64,000 bases of DNA from Dicyema japonicum (GCA_011109175.1 RDEW01000001.1:1316360-1380359), one strand, 5' to 3'. Numbered from the stretch's first letter, positions 36,452 through 50,095 are shown. Made by a program: numbers and translations. The notes: generated by a model not told the origin, from the letters alone.

Positions 36452-39400
36452 ATGGCAGGAGCTTTGTTAAATTTCGATATACCACTAAGGCGAGAAGATT
36501 TAATATCTCCACCATGTCCTCCTACGTTCTCTATAGATAAACTAATTCTGCCTCAAAATCTATCTCTTTTGCTCATTTGTAAGTTTGTCTTAATGATTTT
36601 TCTAGCCGTAGCTAAATCCTTTAAAAATGAAGGCTACATGGTAATCCAGGAAAATTTTAACTTTTTTTTCAGCACCATTATGTAAATTTACATCTAAACA
36701 TTTCAGGCAGTATAAAAATTTGAAGGAGAATTTTGTCATCGACGTCTTCATGCTTTTCAAAGAAAGTTATAGCTTGTTTTCACTCGCCAGCCACCAGAGT
36801 TTTCTCCATGGAGCTAAGTCAACTGTTGGAACAAAGGACCCGTACCAAAGAGGACTGTCAGTCAGATCTAATAATCTGCATCAAAATGTACTCATACTTG
36901 ATGTCCAACTTTGTTGAGATCTTCAACTCGTCTAATTCTGCTACGGAAAAAGTTGTCAAGAAGGTTTCAGTTTATTTAATTTCAGGGGAAGGTTAGCAAA
37001 ACTGTTGCCGAAAAGAGCAAACTTGCTCTATTCTGGGAAGAAAATTGTAGTGCTCCGATTACTTTCTTCTGGAAATTATTGCAATGTGAAATATCTAGTC
37101 TCTGGTCTCCTCCTTTGGTGGAATCTTCGCTTGTAAAGTTAACCTTGTGAATCTATGACAGATTGATCGGAAATTGTACATTAAAAGTTTTTTCCAACGG
37201 CAATGTTGACAAATCGACACTTAAGGACCTTAATGACCATCTATTCGATATCGTTGGGATTCTTTCTAGCAATCATAATTATTTCTCCTTGGTCGACTTT
37301 TGTACTCAGTTCTAGAGGCCGCTATTCAGATCGCAGACATCCTTCTACAGAAGGAAAATTTAGTTGGCATGCTAGCTGAGGGTATTTCTAATTTGATCAC
37401 AAAAATGAAAATCGGAATACTTTTAATTAACATTTTGGGGTTGTTTGCCTATTTCAACGTAATAGGGAGATTGCTAGACTGAATTTGGCTGACCCCCTGC
37501 AGGAATCAATTGGGTTAAAGAATGTGAGTTTGTTTTTGACTGTTTTGGGTGAAAATAACTCAGACCAAATGTTATTTAATCTCCATTTACTGGAACCCTA
37601 TTTGGAATATGAGGTTTTTATTCTTCAGTGATGTCGTAGCATGCTGTACTACGCTCTGCTATTTTGGGAATATTTGGAAATATTATAGTAAAGCATCTTA
37701 ATAGCGACAAACTCACACCAAGTCAGAGGAACGAACGTGATAATTTACTTGATCTTCTTGAGGTCTAACTTATCCTTTATTAAAGGCACATATGCACGAC
37801 GTGAATGCGTTTGTTCGAGTAAAAGACTTGCAGACGTGGAGTTATATTGTGTCGAATCAGGTTGTCTCTTTTTATCACCCAGGCTCTTCCTTTGACAAGG
37901 GCTGGGACTGTAATGTCACTTCTTATTGGGAGACTCTATGACAAATCTTTGCTTGTTAGAAAACGTAGCATTCAGTTGTTAATAGCATTCCTAAAGAATA
38001 ATCCGTTTGCTGTTGAGGTATAATATTATTTGCTATTTTAGATGCCCTTGCACGAGATTTGTGCTAGAAGAGACTTAGAGAAGGAAAAACTTGCTAATAT
38101 GGAAAATTCTGGGATCTCTAACGACCAGACATCTGTGAATGGCATAATTGTGGAAGAAGGAGAGCGGAGATTCACTGAAGAAGTAGCTAAACAGAAAATT
38201 CTGGTCAAATATTTGTCGGTTTTTCCTAATTTAACGAATATAGGACTGTGTTGACTTTACACAATACATGGATGCAGCAATTCCCTTAGTTGGGCGTCTT
38301 TTAACAATGCCCTCTGCATCAGACGTCTCAGAAGCAATTGAGTTTTATGTGACGGGAATGGAGTTTGGCGTTGAGTGCTGCAAAAAAGGATTGGTCGACA
38401 TTCTCAATTTGATGTTGTCGAAGGACCCGAACATCGTAAAAATAGCGGTAGATGCGTTTCGCAGAATTTATTTTTCAGCGAATGTCAGGTAAATGAACTC
38501 TTTAGTCCTCAGAGATAATTATTCCAAGGAATTTGAATATCTAACCGAATTAGCCAGGATTTGTGTCGTTCAAAGTGATCTCACTGCATTTGAATTACTC
38601 GTTTTTCCTATTTCATAATTTTGTAGGTTAAGGAGCTTTATCTCTCAAAGGATATCGGTCTGAATACCTTCAAATATATCTTCAAGCTATTTGTCGAAAA
38701 TGCTAGCTCTGACGAGTCCCACATTATGGTATTCCTCTTCCAAATAACTGCCTGGTTTATTTTCGTCTTAAAAGTAGCACAAACCCTCAACTGATTAGGG
38801 AGAACATTGACGTTTTCACTACATGTATCCTCAGTTCCGACAGAATTATCAGTGATATGCTATTTGCTAAGCACACAATGATTGGACTTTCTAAACTTAG
38901 TTTAATCAAACATAATGTCCATTTATGATTCCACATGTAGAATATATCCTTCAGATTACCGGCCTCACATTCTACGACCAGTGTTATCTTGACTTGTTCA
39001 CTAAAAGTTTATAATCTATTAATGCTAGTCTTTCCCAACACCAGATTGACTGGATGGCACGGTTTTTGTGCCGAATGCATATCGACTATTATCAAGATCT
39101 GTGAAAGACCGGATGAAATGCTAACAAGATTGTTTAACCACCTGAAGGAAATGACATTCACTTGTACTCTATTTTGATAAGTTAGCCCCATGCATGGAAT
39201 GTGCTCTATAAAGTCGACGCTTTTGATGAGATTCATACACACTTGTGGTGAATTTGCCTTGTTAGGACAAAATTACTTGGAAGTCTCTGTTTGCAATAAT
39301 CTGCGGGCAAGAAGACAGGCACGTGACACTCAAAAACACGAAAACAAAGTAATTGGGGGATATATTAGAAAAAACTGAACCAATCAAAGTTTGATCAATC

Positions 39401-41004
39401 TGAACTTAATATTTCCGACATTGACGGAGAGATCATTCACAGAATTTGTGACACTGAAATTGTGACGGGTTAAATGTCTGTTTAAGCTCAGGAAATGGTT
39501 TACTAGCACAAGTCGTTCCCCTCTTGTTGGAGATTTGTCGAAGTTCTGATTTTAGTGACGATTCATTGATGATTGCTGCTTGTACTACTCTGGGGAAGTT
39601 CATGTATTTGAGGTAAGCTGACTTTGTGATGTAAGCTCTCAATTATGTGCCACGAACATTCAGTTGTTGGTAACTTTGATGGATCGTTCTCCTGTGTATG
39701 TTGTCAGGTCCAACCTTGTCATAGTCGTCGGAGATTTGGCATCTCGACATCCCAATATAATTGAGCCATGGATTATTTACGTCTACAAGAGGTTGACTGT
39801 CTAATTATTAGTAGGTTGGAGGATAAGGAGGTCAAAGTGAGGCGAACTGCCGTGCTGGTTCTCTCTCGACTTGTCTTAAACGAGATTGTTAAGGCCAAGA
39901 TCAGTGAGTGCCATGTCCACGTCTGTTGTTGACTCTGACACAAGATTGTTAGAGACTCAAAGGCTTTCTTTTACGAATTGTCATTTAAGCGTCTATCAAT
40001 ATTTAAAATATTATTAAATTTTTTACTAATTTATTTTCTAATTTTTTTTTAATATTATGCGAGCATGTACCTAATATGATATAAACTGGCACTATAGGTC
40101 ACATGGAAAATTCTGTTGTGGACTTATGCGACATAACTGCGACCACTTCGACAAANGCCATGTCCACGTCTGTTGTTGACTCTGACAACAAGATTGTTAG
40201 AGACTCAAAGGCTTTCTTTTACGAATTGTCCTTAAAGGTTGTTTATATGCTTATGGTAGGGAAATATCTTATATAATGTATTGCCGGATATTATAAGCCG
40301 TCTAATGGATGACAAGCAAGTCAATGCAGCTGACTTTGACACAATTATGACGTTGTTTTATCCATTATGCTTAGTTTTCTCTTTTCCCTGATCACTAAGA
40401 ACGTACAAAACGAGAATTTGGTCGAAAAACTGTGCTATCGTTTTAGAACGGCGACGTTTGCTTAGTGTATAACCGTAGTGAGGCTGACCAGGTCAAAAAA
40501 CTGGCCATGTGTGTTTCCAAGTTAACTTTTACTGAGCGTTGTCTGTCCAAACTGCAGGATAATATTCACTGTTTTTTGCAATCACTTGAACGACGCTGAA
40601 ATCTACAATTATTTTTGTATTGTCCTTAATAAGGCTGCAAAGTCAATAAAAAGTGACTCTAAGGTAATCTGTGGTCTAAGTGAAGGAATTGGTGGATGAA
40701 CTTCAGCGACAATTTCTGACTTTCCACCAAAAGAATGTTGAAGAGAATATAAGTCGGGAACAAATCAAACTAGATACTCCTAAAAAGACTCCTCAAAAAT
40801 ATAAGAAGACTTATAATAACAGAAATGTCGTCTTTCAAAGTGATAATGACAGCGAGGACATTGAGAATTTTGTGGCCGACCCCCCTGTTGCTAGTCCAGC
40901 AGGTTTATGTACTTATAATAGTATTAGTCGTTAATTCTCCATTTTTGAACAGATCGAGGATTGGTCGATCCAACGTTGTTAACATTAGTTCAGATTCTGA
41001 TTAA
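36452..41004 (+). CDS. NCAPD2: Condensin I subunit CAP-D2/Cnd1; 3' end approximate
   Basis: FDIPLRREDL, LRSAILG, AHMHDVNAFVR, GRLYDKSLLVRKRSIQLL..FLKNNPF, HPNIIEPW, GNILYNVLPDIISRL. Interrupted by a duplication and an N at 39910-40230. Confidence 0.92.
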
Positions 41005-41639
41005 TTTTGTTTTCCTTACCCAGTTTTCTCTACTTTTTTTAGTTTTATTATTCTGTCACGATAAGATCCCTAGTCATGATGATCACTGATGAGATAAATT
41101 CAAGAATTAGGGGGTTGCTTCACTGTGCGACATCCATAAAGTTATATTTAAATAGTAATGAAAAGTGGCGCAAAAGTTAGTGTGGTGCTATGTGGGTACA
41201 TGAATTGAAAGATTATTTGTTTGATTCTTCCCTTTTGGTTCCAGGGAGCTTGTATTTGTTAGCGTACGTCATGAAGTTCACCATCTATGGTGACGACATA
41301 TATAATCCTAATTATATCCAAGAAGAACCATTAGTCAAACCATCCAAAATAGTTCCCCTGTACGGCATTTCCTTTAAGTCAGGACATGCGAAGACTGCTG
41401 ATTGAGGCAGGGATCATCTGAATTTTTTCATTCTGGATACGACGGTGTTTTATAGTTCAATAACTTTAAATAAAAATGATAAACTTGTTGAAATGCTTAA
41501 TAGACAAATGATGCAATAAAAGTTGTTTTTGCAATTACAAGTTTGTCTATACGTTGCACGGCTGATCTTTTTGAGATTTGATAGAAAATTCGCCATTGAT
41601 ATATTCTATATTTTTTGGTTGAGCTGTGACGTGGCTCTA

Positions 41640-44195
41640 TTGCACACATGTCTTTTTCGTGCTTTTCTTCTGGATCTTTCACTATTAGCCTGTTCAATGT
41701 AAGAGGATTAAAGTCGGATACTAAAAGAAGAAATTTATGCATGGATCTTGGATCGTACAAGGTAACCGTGGCGTGCTTATAGGAAACGAAAGTAAAAGGC
41801 GGACTAGATGAAATCAACAATTATTTCCGCCTGATTCTGCACCCTTCGAATTGCCCACAATACGGCATGGGATTTGCAATACAAAAAGAACAGAACAATC
41901 GAATCCACAAGACGTGGAGGGTGAGCGATAGAATATGTGTTTTACAATTAAAATACGGTGAAAGGAACAATTCCATAATCTCCATTATTAATGTATATGC
42001 ACCAACTTCGGTGAGAGTATCAATCAATGGAGACGAACTAGACGACTTCTATTCCTCCCTGTCGCAACTATGTGCATCTTTGGAAACATCGTTCATGACA
42101 TACATCGCCGGAGATTGGAACGCAAAGGCAGGACGTGGGAGTAGTCACGAAGAATTCACGGGAAGCCATGGAAGGGGGATCAGGAACCATTCAGGAGAAT
42201 CGCTTATCGAATTTTGCAATACATTCAAACTATTTCTATGCAATACTGCTTTCAGGCACTCAGCAAGACATAAGACGACATGGAGCTGCTACCGAAAGGA
42301 CAAATCTGGGACTATCAAGCCTATATATAACCAAATAGATTACATTATCTGCAAACAAGCCTACAAGGCACTGCTAACAGATTCTCGGAGCTACAGTGGG
42401 ACACTAGTAGATAGTGATCACAGATTGGTTGTGGCACGTTTCCTTTTCAAACGATATTTTGGGGTTTCCAAAGCGGCTGGCATGAGGATATCTGAGGGGA
42501 GGTTCGCAGTAGAGCAACTCTGCATGGTGGGACCGACTCGGGAAAGCTATCAAAATACATTGAGAGAAAAGATCAGACAGTGGAATAAAGAAAAAATGCC
42601 TGGGGAGCTGTGGCAAGACACCATCGATGCAATAAAGTGCGCGGCCCATTCAACAGTCGGAGTAAAACCGAAGCATTTCAACGGGCACTATGACCACGAG
42701 CTTGAAGAACTATCCAAATTGCAGAGGAACCTACGTTTACAGGTCGAAACCTGTCAGGACCAGGCAAAGGAACACACTCTATGAGTCATGCGGAACCAAA
42801 CCCTGTATAAAATAAAGAAAAGAACGAGGGAAATAAAGGAACATAAACTTGCTGGAATGGCTTAAAAAGTAGAAAAACTCAAAAACGGAGCGCAGATGTT
42901 CAAGGCTGTTCACCTACTACATAGAGACACACAGTCATCAAAAATCACAATACATGACCAGTTTGGAAAGATTATGTTAAACAAACATGAAATTTTATTG
43001 GCCATATCCAGCCATTATCAGCAGGCCTTCAATCAAAACCACGGGGAAAAATCAAACAATTCGATGGTGAGGCACGAGAACTAAATATTCCGATAACGAT
43101 TCTGGAAACAAAAAAAGCCCTGGACAAACTGAACAACAATAGAGCTGCTGGCCCTGACAACATAAATGCAGAACTTCTCAAATATACACCGACCGAGATC
43201 TCTGAACTATTAACTGAGATATACAACAAAACATTCAAATACAACTCACCACTGGATGTGGGTAATGGCACACTAATTGCACTACAAAAACCGGGCAAAG
43301 CTAAAGGCCCCTTAACGAATTTAAGACCCATCGTACTATTGACGACTCTACGCAAGACACTATCACTTATAGTGCTGAACAGGATTGGATCTGACATCGA
43401 GAACTTTCTCTCTCACGGTCAAAGCGGATTCAGGTCAGGGAGATCTACAGCTGATGTGGTCTGGGGACATCGATGGCTTTGTGCAACACATCAAAAGTAC
43501 AAGGGGCTATTGGCATCCTTGGCATGGACATGTCCAAAGCCTTTGACTCTATATACAGAGGGAGACTTTTCGATATCTTGGAGAAGTTGGTTGACGAGGA
43601 CAGTGTCAGAATGATCTGTCTATTACTTGGAACAACGCAGCTAAGTGTACGTTTTGGAAATTTGTAGTCTGTCCCATTCGAGACAACGTTTGGGGTACCG
43701 CAGGGAGATTCCTTGTCACCGGTATTTTTTGACATATCTGGAGGCGGCACTCAGAGACTTCAGACTATTAATTGGCGACTTACCTCAAACTGAAGTGATT
43801 TATGCAGATGATATCGACTATATATCTAGCGACGAGAAAACATTAAACTATATACGGACAAGGATGCCAGATGTCCTAGAAAAATGGTTCATCAAAATCA
43901 ATACGGAAAAGACGGAGACAACTACCATACGCCGTAAATTAACCCGAACTGATGAAAAATGGAGATACTGTAAAAAAATTGGGGTCGTTGCTCGAAGACG
44001 CTGAGGATATCACTAACAAAGATGTTAGCCGTCGCGGCCTTTAGAAAAATGGGAGTAGTCTGGAATCATCGTAAACAATTAGCACACAATTACATGTAAG
44101 ACTAATACAATGCCTTCGTGAAACCAGTCCTAATGTACAACGCTGCAACCTGGGGTGTCTCAGAAGCGGTAATGGACAAACTAGATTGCCTTCCA
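41640..44195 (+). mobile_element. Near-complete decayed RTE-like LINE ORF (APE plus RT), 3'-truncated
   Basis: FNVRGL, YAPTS, GDWNAKAG, NQIDYI, SDHRLV, AAGPDNI, NLRPIVLL, QSGFRSGRS, DMSKAFD, YADD, MYNAATW. Confidence 0.95.
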
Positions 44196-44654
44196 TCGTT
44201 TTCATTCATCCAATTATTAAAATGATTCTTAAATGCCTGTATTATCCCTCGGTCACATGGCTAAATTAGGAAGTTGTGTTTTTTGGAAAAAAATATTACG
44301 TCGACGTTTGAATATTGGGAAAAAACAGCATGACAAGTTGTATTGTCAATTAATAATGCTATTTTTTTCTTTCCTCCCTCCAATTCCTCGTTAAATCGAA
44401 GATAACCAATTTTCAAAAAATATTTTTTTGTCATCCAGGCTTTTTAAAATTAATTCTTTTTAAAGTTATTCCTTACCAGGTTAGTTTTAAAATTATTGAT
44501 AAATAAATTTGGTAAAACAGGTTAGAATAAATAAATAATAAATCAAAAATTATAGAAAAATATTAATGAATCGTTTATGATAGTTAGGGAGAACTAAGTT
44601 AAAAAAGTTAAAATTTAATAACAGTAAATAAATAATCATTAAAATGATTTTTAA

Positions 44655-47600
44655 CTTATTATTATTATTTAAGCACTTCACAAGAGCCATACTAATTATA
44701 GCCCCGCATGTGCAGCAAAAGAAACAAGGTTAGATGTCATCCTTTTCCATGCTCCCCTGTTCCTAGCCAAGGCTCTCATGCTGTCCAGGTCGTCGGCATT
44801 TGTTAGTTTTTTTTATACTGACCAGGTCTTTTTGTAAGACTATTGGCAGTGTTGTTCTTGGTCTTCCCGATAGCGGCCTTCTTGACTAACATAGTATGTT
44901 TCCATAGATATGTTCGGTGGGGAAGTTAATTCCATCCTCAGCACGTGTCCGAAGAGCCTCCATCGGGATTCCAGTACTTCTAAGCTGATAGGTCTAGTGC
45001 TGCATCTCTTATATAAAGCATTCCTAGATATTCTCGTAGGCCAAGTAGTTCCTGTTATTTTTCTCAGCTGACCTCTGTGGAACGAGTCTAGTTTTTCATA
45101 TCCGCTGATGAGGTCGCCCAAGTTCCAGCGTTATATAAAAGTACGGGTTTTATGAATGAGTCGTATAGTAGGATTCTCATTTTCGTGTCGATGCCTTTTT
45201 GATTGAGCCATAAATTCTTCAGTTTATATAACGCAGCATTGGCTAGAGTTTTCCTACGTAAAATATCTTCGCTATCTCCCATAAGTGAACCGAGTTTCTT
45301 TACTTGTCGCCACTTCTCTTCTAGGACGTTACTCATCCTTCTTATCTCTGTGAGTTCTGTTTTTCTCTGTTCACAGTAAGAAACCATTTCCCTAGTACAT
45401 CTGGTGCTTTTTCTAATAGGTTTTCCAGGACCTCTTTGTCTTCAGAAATTAGGTCTACATCGTCCGCGTAGATTACTTCTTCCGTCTTTCCTTGGTATGA
45501 CGGTCTAAGTTCCCTCATAGCGGCTTCCAAATAAATTGTGAATAGTAGAGGAGAAAGAGAGTCTCCTTGTGGAATGCCCGTATTTGTTTCAAATTTTCTT
45601 GAATAGGTTTTTCCGACTCTCACAAGGAGCTCAGTGTTAGAAAGTAGAATTCAGATCATCCTTAGACTCGATTCATCAAGAAATCCGCCAGTACCCCCAT
45701 TAATTTGTTCCTGTTAACCGTATCAAAAGCTCTTGATAGATCAATATTGGTGGCGTTACGGTATCTTTGATATGTTGCACACCTCCATCTGTGACTCCAG
45801 ACCGCATCAGCTGTGGATCTCCCTTCTCGAAAACCACTTTGACTATCTGGTAGGTATTTGTAAGCAGGTCCTTTTATTCGTTCAAGCACAATGTTTGCCA
45901 AGACTTTGCGTAATGAATTTAGTAGTATGATGGGTCGCAAATTTTCGAGCGGTCCTCTGTTTTTGTTAGTTTTTTGTATGGGGATTAGTAGTCCCGTACC
46001 CAGAGGTAGAGTTGAGTTAGTTGAAAACATTTCATTTAGTAATGCAGCGATTTTTTCAAAAAGGAGGTCAGGGCCGTATTTCAGTAGTTCTGGGTTTATC
46101 GCATCTGGTCCGGGGCTTCTGTTATTCTTGAGTTTTCGGCAGGCCGTTTTGATTTCCTCGGCCGTGATTGGTATCTTAAGGGGTCTTGGCCTTCCATCAA
46201 ATGGGTGGATTTCTATGGTTTTGATGTTGAAAAGCTTCTCAAAGTGAGCCGCGATGGCTTCAGTTTGTTCTTTGGTGTTCAGTATCAGCTTACCGTTCTC
46301 GTCTTTTATGGTTAGTCGACTTCGGTTTGTTCGCCGCAGCAAACGGGCAGCGACGTACACCTGTGCGTTGTCTTTCACTTTGTTTACTTCTTCTATACAG
46401 GAGGCTATTTCTTCTATGAAAAGCTTCTTGTTCAGACCCTTTATTTTTCTTCTGACACGTTGTCTTTCGCCTTGAAGGGCTTTTATCGCATTAGTGTCAG
46501 TGGCATTTGATTTTCTCATATTTATTTCTTTTAGACTTTTCGCAAGCTCAGGAACATCTGGATGAATAGCCTTCAGGTGCATTTTACTATTCTCCCTTTT
46601 GCCAAGACATGCTTCAGCAGCTTCGTTGATGGTGTCCTTTGTGCGTTTCCAGGCGTCTTCTAGCGTGGTATCCACCAATACGTCCTGCAAATTAGTCTGA
46701 ATGTATTGTTGATATCTCTCAGTAGTCTCCGGTTGAGAAATCAGCCTTTCAGTCGCGTAGTCGCCTCTGATTTTCTCAAATTCGTGATTTTTTCATTCTG
46801 TATTTAATGGCATGTTTTTTCAGGGTGAAGGTCGCAATAACCATCTTGTGGTCGCTGACAGTCGTCGAATCTTCATATGAACGTGCGTTTACTATACCAT
46901 TTCAGGTTTAAAGTGGGTCTTACCAAAAGCAAAGTGGTACTTACCAAAAGCAAAGTGGTACTTACCAAAAGCAAATTGGTACTTACCATAAGCAAAGTGG
47001 TACTTGTAGGATATAGACGCGTAATATTTTATCAGTGGCCCCTCTTATTGACTGGTCAGTGAAGTATGAACCCCATGAGTGACCACAATCTAATATTTTT
47101 GGAGTTCAAAACGAGGTCACGGATAAAAGGACAATACCCAACGATAACAAACTCAGCCTTGCGAATTGGAGAGGATTCAAAGAATACGTCGATAATTGTA
47201 TTGGACTATTAAATTTCCTCACTTTTCCCTCCATCGAACAATTAGTGAAATGGTTCAACTCCATTATAAACGCTGCGAAAAAGAAGTACATTCAACACAA
47301 CGACGAAACATCTGATCAGAGAACGAAATAATCTAAAGATGGTAAAATCGCCAACAGAAAAGAACATCAGGAAAATACGAGAGCAGAACACAGAGATCGA
47401 CAACAACATAAAGACAGAAAATGCAAATAGATGGACGAGACTATCGAAGGCTCTCTACAAAAACCCCCCAATGCAGAGAGTATGGATGTGGATCTAAAAC
47501 ACCAAAAGATCCACCCCAGAGAGAAAAGTCGACTCTACATAAAACCAGACACACTGATAAAATATTACGCGTCTATATCCTACAAGTACCACTTTGATTA

Positions 47601-48590
47601 TGGTAAGTACCAATTTGCTTTGGTAAGTTCCACTTTGCTTTTGGTAAGTACCACTTTGCTTTTGGTAAGTTCCACTTTGCTTTTGGTAAGTACCACTTTG
47701 CTTTTGGTAAGTTCCACTTTGCTTTTGGTAAGAACCACTTTGCTTTTGGTAAGACCCACTTTGCTTTTGGTAAGACCCACTTTAAACCTGAAATGGTATA
47801 GAAGGTGTTTGTCATTAGCCCGGCATATGACATAATCGATTTGGTTGTATATTGGGACCAGCTTTCCTTCTGAGTTCCTTCGCTTCCCCATCCACGTAGT
47901 TTTGTGGCAGGCAGGATGCGTAAATGCAGTATTGCATAGGAAAAGGTTGTTTGCCATACAAAAGTGACCAAGTATTGTCCAGGGTAAATTTCTTATTCCA
48001 CGTCCATGTTCTCCCAAGAAAACATCATCCGGGTTATTTTTCATCCCGACTTTTGCATTCAAATCACCAGCAATGAGTATTAGTGATGACGACTCATATT
48101 CGTTGTACGTCCGTAACAGTGTTGAATAGAATAGTTCTGTCGGATCTTTCGCTACTCTCCCGCAGTGTGGCGCATAAACATTTACAATTGTCAGAAAGCT
48201 CTTCGAAGGAGGTAAGTCGTTTAGCCGGATTTGTATAACACAGATCCTGTCATTCACACTCCATATACGGTGGACTGCACTTGTCAACTTTGAGTGGATG
48301 GCAAATCCAAGTTCATAATGTTTTGAGTCGCTCGGCTGACATATAATTCGATATTCGCCAAAGTTCTCATCAAGGCTACAAGTAACTTTCGTCTCTTGTA
48401 GGCACCCAATAGATACGTCGTATCTCTCCAGGTCATCACAGAGAATCTTCCTCGACCAGGTCGTAGATAAGCCTCTAGCATTGAACGTAAGGACTTTTAG
48501 ACGAGATGCATCGCTTTGTATCCATTGCCTTTTAGACATTTTTCTCAATTGCGATCCAATCAAGAAACGAGGCACGTCACCACCTCACCA
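44655..48590 (-). mobile_element. Near full-length RTE-like LINE interrupted by a foldback element
   Basis: LTFNARGL, CLQETK, YAPH, GDLNAKVG, NQIDYV, SPGPDAI, QSGFREGRS, DLSRAFD, GIPQGDSLSPLLF, YADD. 3' end TAATTAG...(TAA)n. Confidence 0.95.
46895..47798. mobile_element. 904-bp foldback/MITE-like TIR element with TA target duplication and 21-bp subterminal arrays
   Basis: TACCATTTCAGG.../...CCTGAAATGGTA termini flanked by TA (46893-46894 and 47799-47800). Arms 46895-47037 and 47552-47798 carry 4 and 9 copies of the cttaccaaaagcaaagtggta-type unit. Confidence 0.92.
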
Positions 48591-48724
48591 AAAAAAAAAC
48601 TATATTTTATTATAATGTATATTAAACAAAATTATTAGGTAAAAAAAGTTAAAATTTAATTTTAAATTTAATTTATTAATTTTTTAAATTAACTATGAAT
48701 AATAATATTTTGCCACTAAAATTT

Positions 48725-49570
48725 TTGGTTGATTTGCCTAAGATAGCAAAATCGTACCAAATTAAAGCCAAGACCATTATAAAGGATCATCCTAAAGAGT
48801 TTATGATTCTTGAGGATGGTGGCGCTATATTGTCGACTCTGTTTGTGTAATATAAAATGCGAGAAAAAACATTTGTGAATTCCTCACAAAAACATCAAAA
48901 TTGAGTTTTGTGAAACAACAATTATTTTTTGTAGATTATCTGACTGAATCGCACCAAACACACATTGACCAATATTCCAAAAATGATGATGGGCTCTACA
49001 AGTAACCAGAGTATTCATAAAATCTGATATTCCACTAAACAAACTATCTATGTCGTTGCTTAGAGAATTGTTTTACTGAGGCTCTGTACGACCATCAAAA
49101 GCTAGAAGCTATGTGGATCAAATCATAATGGATCAAAAAGTTTTGCTATTACGGATGAAACAAAAATCCGGGGCCAAAGATACGTTGCTGTGATGATTGG
49201 GTCGTTAAATTCTCCTGAAATAACATATTGATATCGTTTAAGGCGATATAATCTAACAAGAACATCATTACTCAGATAGTCGACGATGCTCTTGAAATAA
49301 TTTGGTTCAAAAAGAAAATTTCCTTTTGTTATTTCGGATGCTGCAAATTATATGAAATCAGGTAAAATTTTATGTTTTAGTTGGCAAAATATCTAAAAAT
49401 CTTTACCCCAAGTTATTCCATGTCACATGTGCCGTTCATCTATTTCACAATTGTTGTGAGAAAATAAGAGACTTATCTGGAAATTAAATTGATGATAGCT
49501 ACTGTACAAGCAGCAATTAACAAGAACAATAGAAGAAAACTAATATTCAAAGACAGAAACATGAAAAATA
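48725..49570 (+). pseudogene. CGGBP1-like (hAT-related) transposase relic containing a 19-nt intron
   Basis: PKIAKS...PKEFMILEDG...YCRLC, DET, SDAANYM, YPKLFHVTCAVHLFHNCCEKIR. Confidence 0.75.
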
Positions 49571-49865
49571 TAATGCACAGTACAAACTCAGACTGTTCTA
49601 CCGAATGAAAAAAGTCGGATAAATCTTCTGTGCTTGGGGATTGTTTCCGCTTCGTACCAATTGCATGTGAGACTTCGGTGTGGCCAGGACTGTCACCAGA
49701 GGTATTCTCCAAAAAATTAGAAACGCAATCTCGCCAAGAGTGAAGGATTTCTCAGGTGCGCCTTAGTTACTATACGCCTCGAATACCACCGTCTAGGACA
49801 AGACATCTAGACGTTTGTCAACTAGTGCCAAATAGATACTTGATTCAAGATTTCTCTTCCTTCCT

Positions 49866-50095
49866 TCTGGTGGCGTCATTGAATCCGCCTTACTCAGAAG
49901 ACGCCCAATGCCTGGCCGGCATTCAAAGAATCCATCTATTCATTCCACTGGGAGACAATTTCGCCCTGGCAACGAGTTCTGGAATAGACCTCAACTTTGC
50001 GACAACGCCGTCGGGATCACTGAGCTTGAGTGAAGGTTCTGCTGGAATGCGTCAGGATAAAGGAATTAGTTGATTTTACCGTCTCTAGAATAATT
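49866..50095 (+). mobile_element. Family B short element copy B1 (module 49872-49934)
   Basis: GGCGTC...GACGCC CA ATGCC-TGGCC-GGCAT TCAAA. Body shared with 52141-52350; ends GAATTAG. Confidence 0.75.

Noticed and set aside
46915-47780. 21-bp repeat arrays as a CRISPR array or a TKSKVVL repeat protein
   Set aside because: Units are head-to-tail with no spacers, occur as inverted arms of a TA-flanked element, and no cas genes are present. The ORFs are by-products of the repeat.
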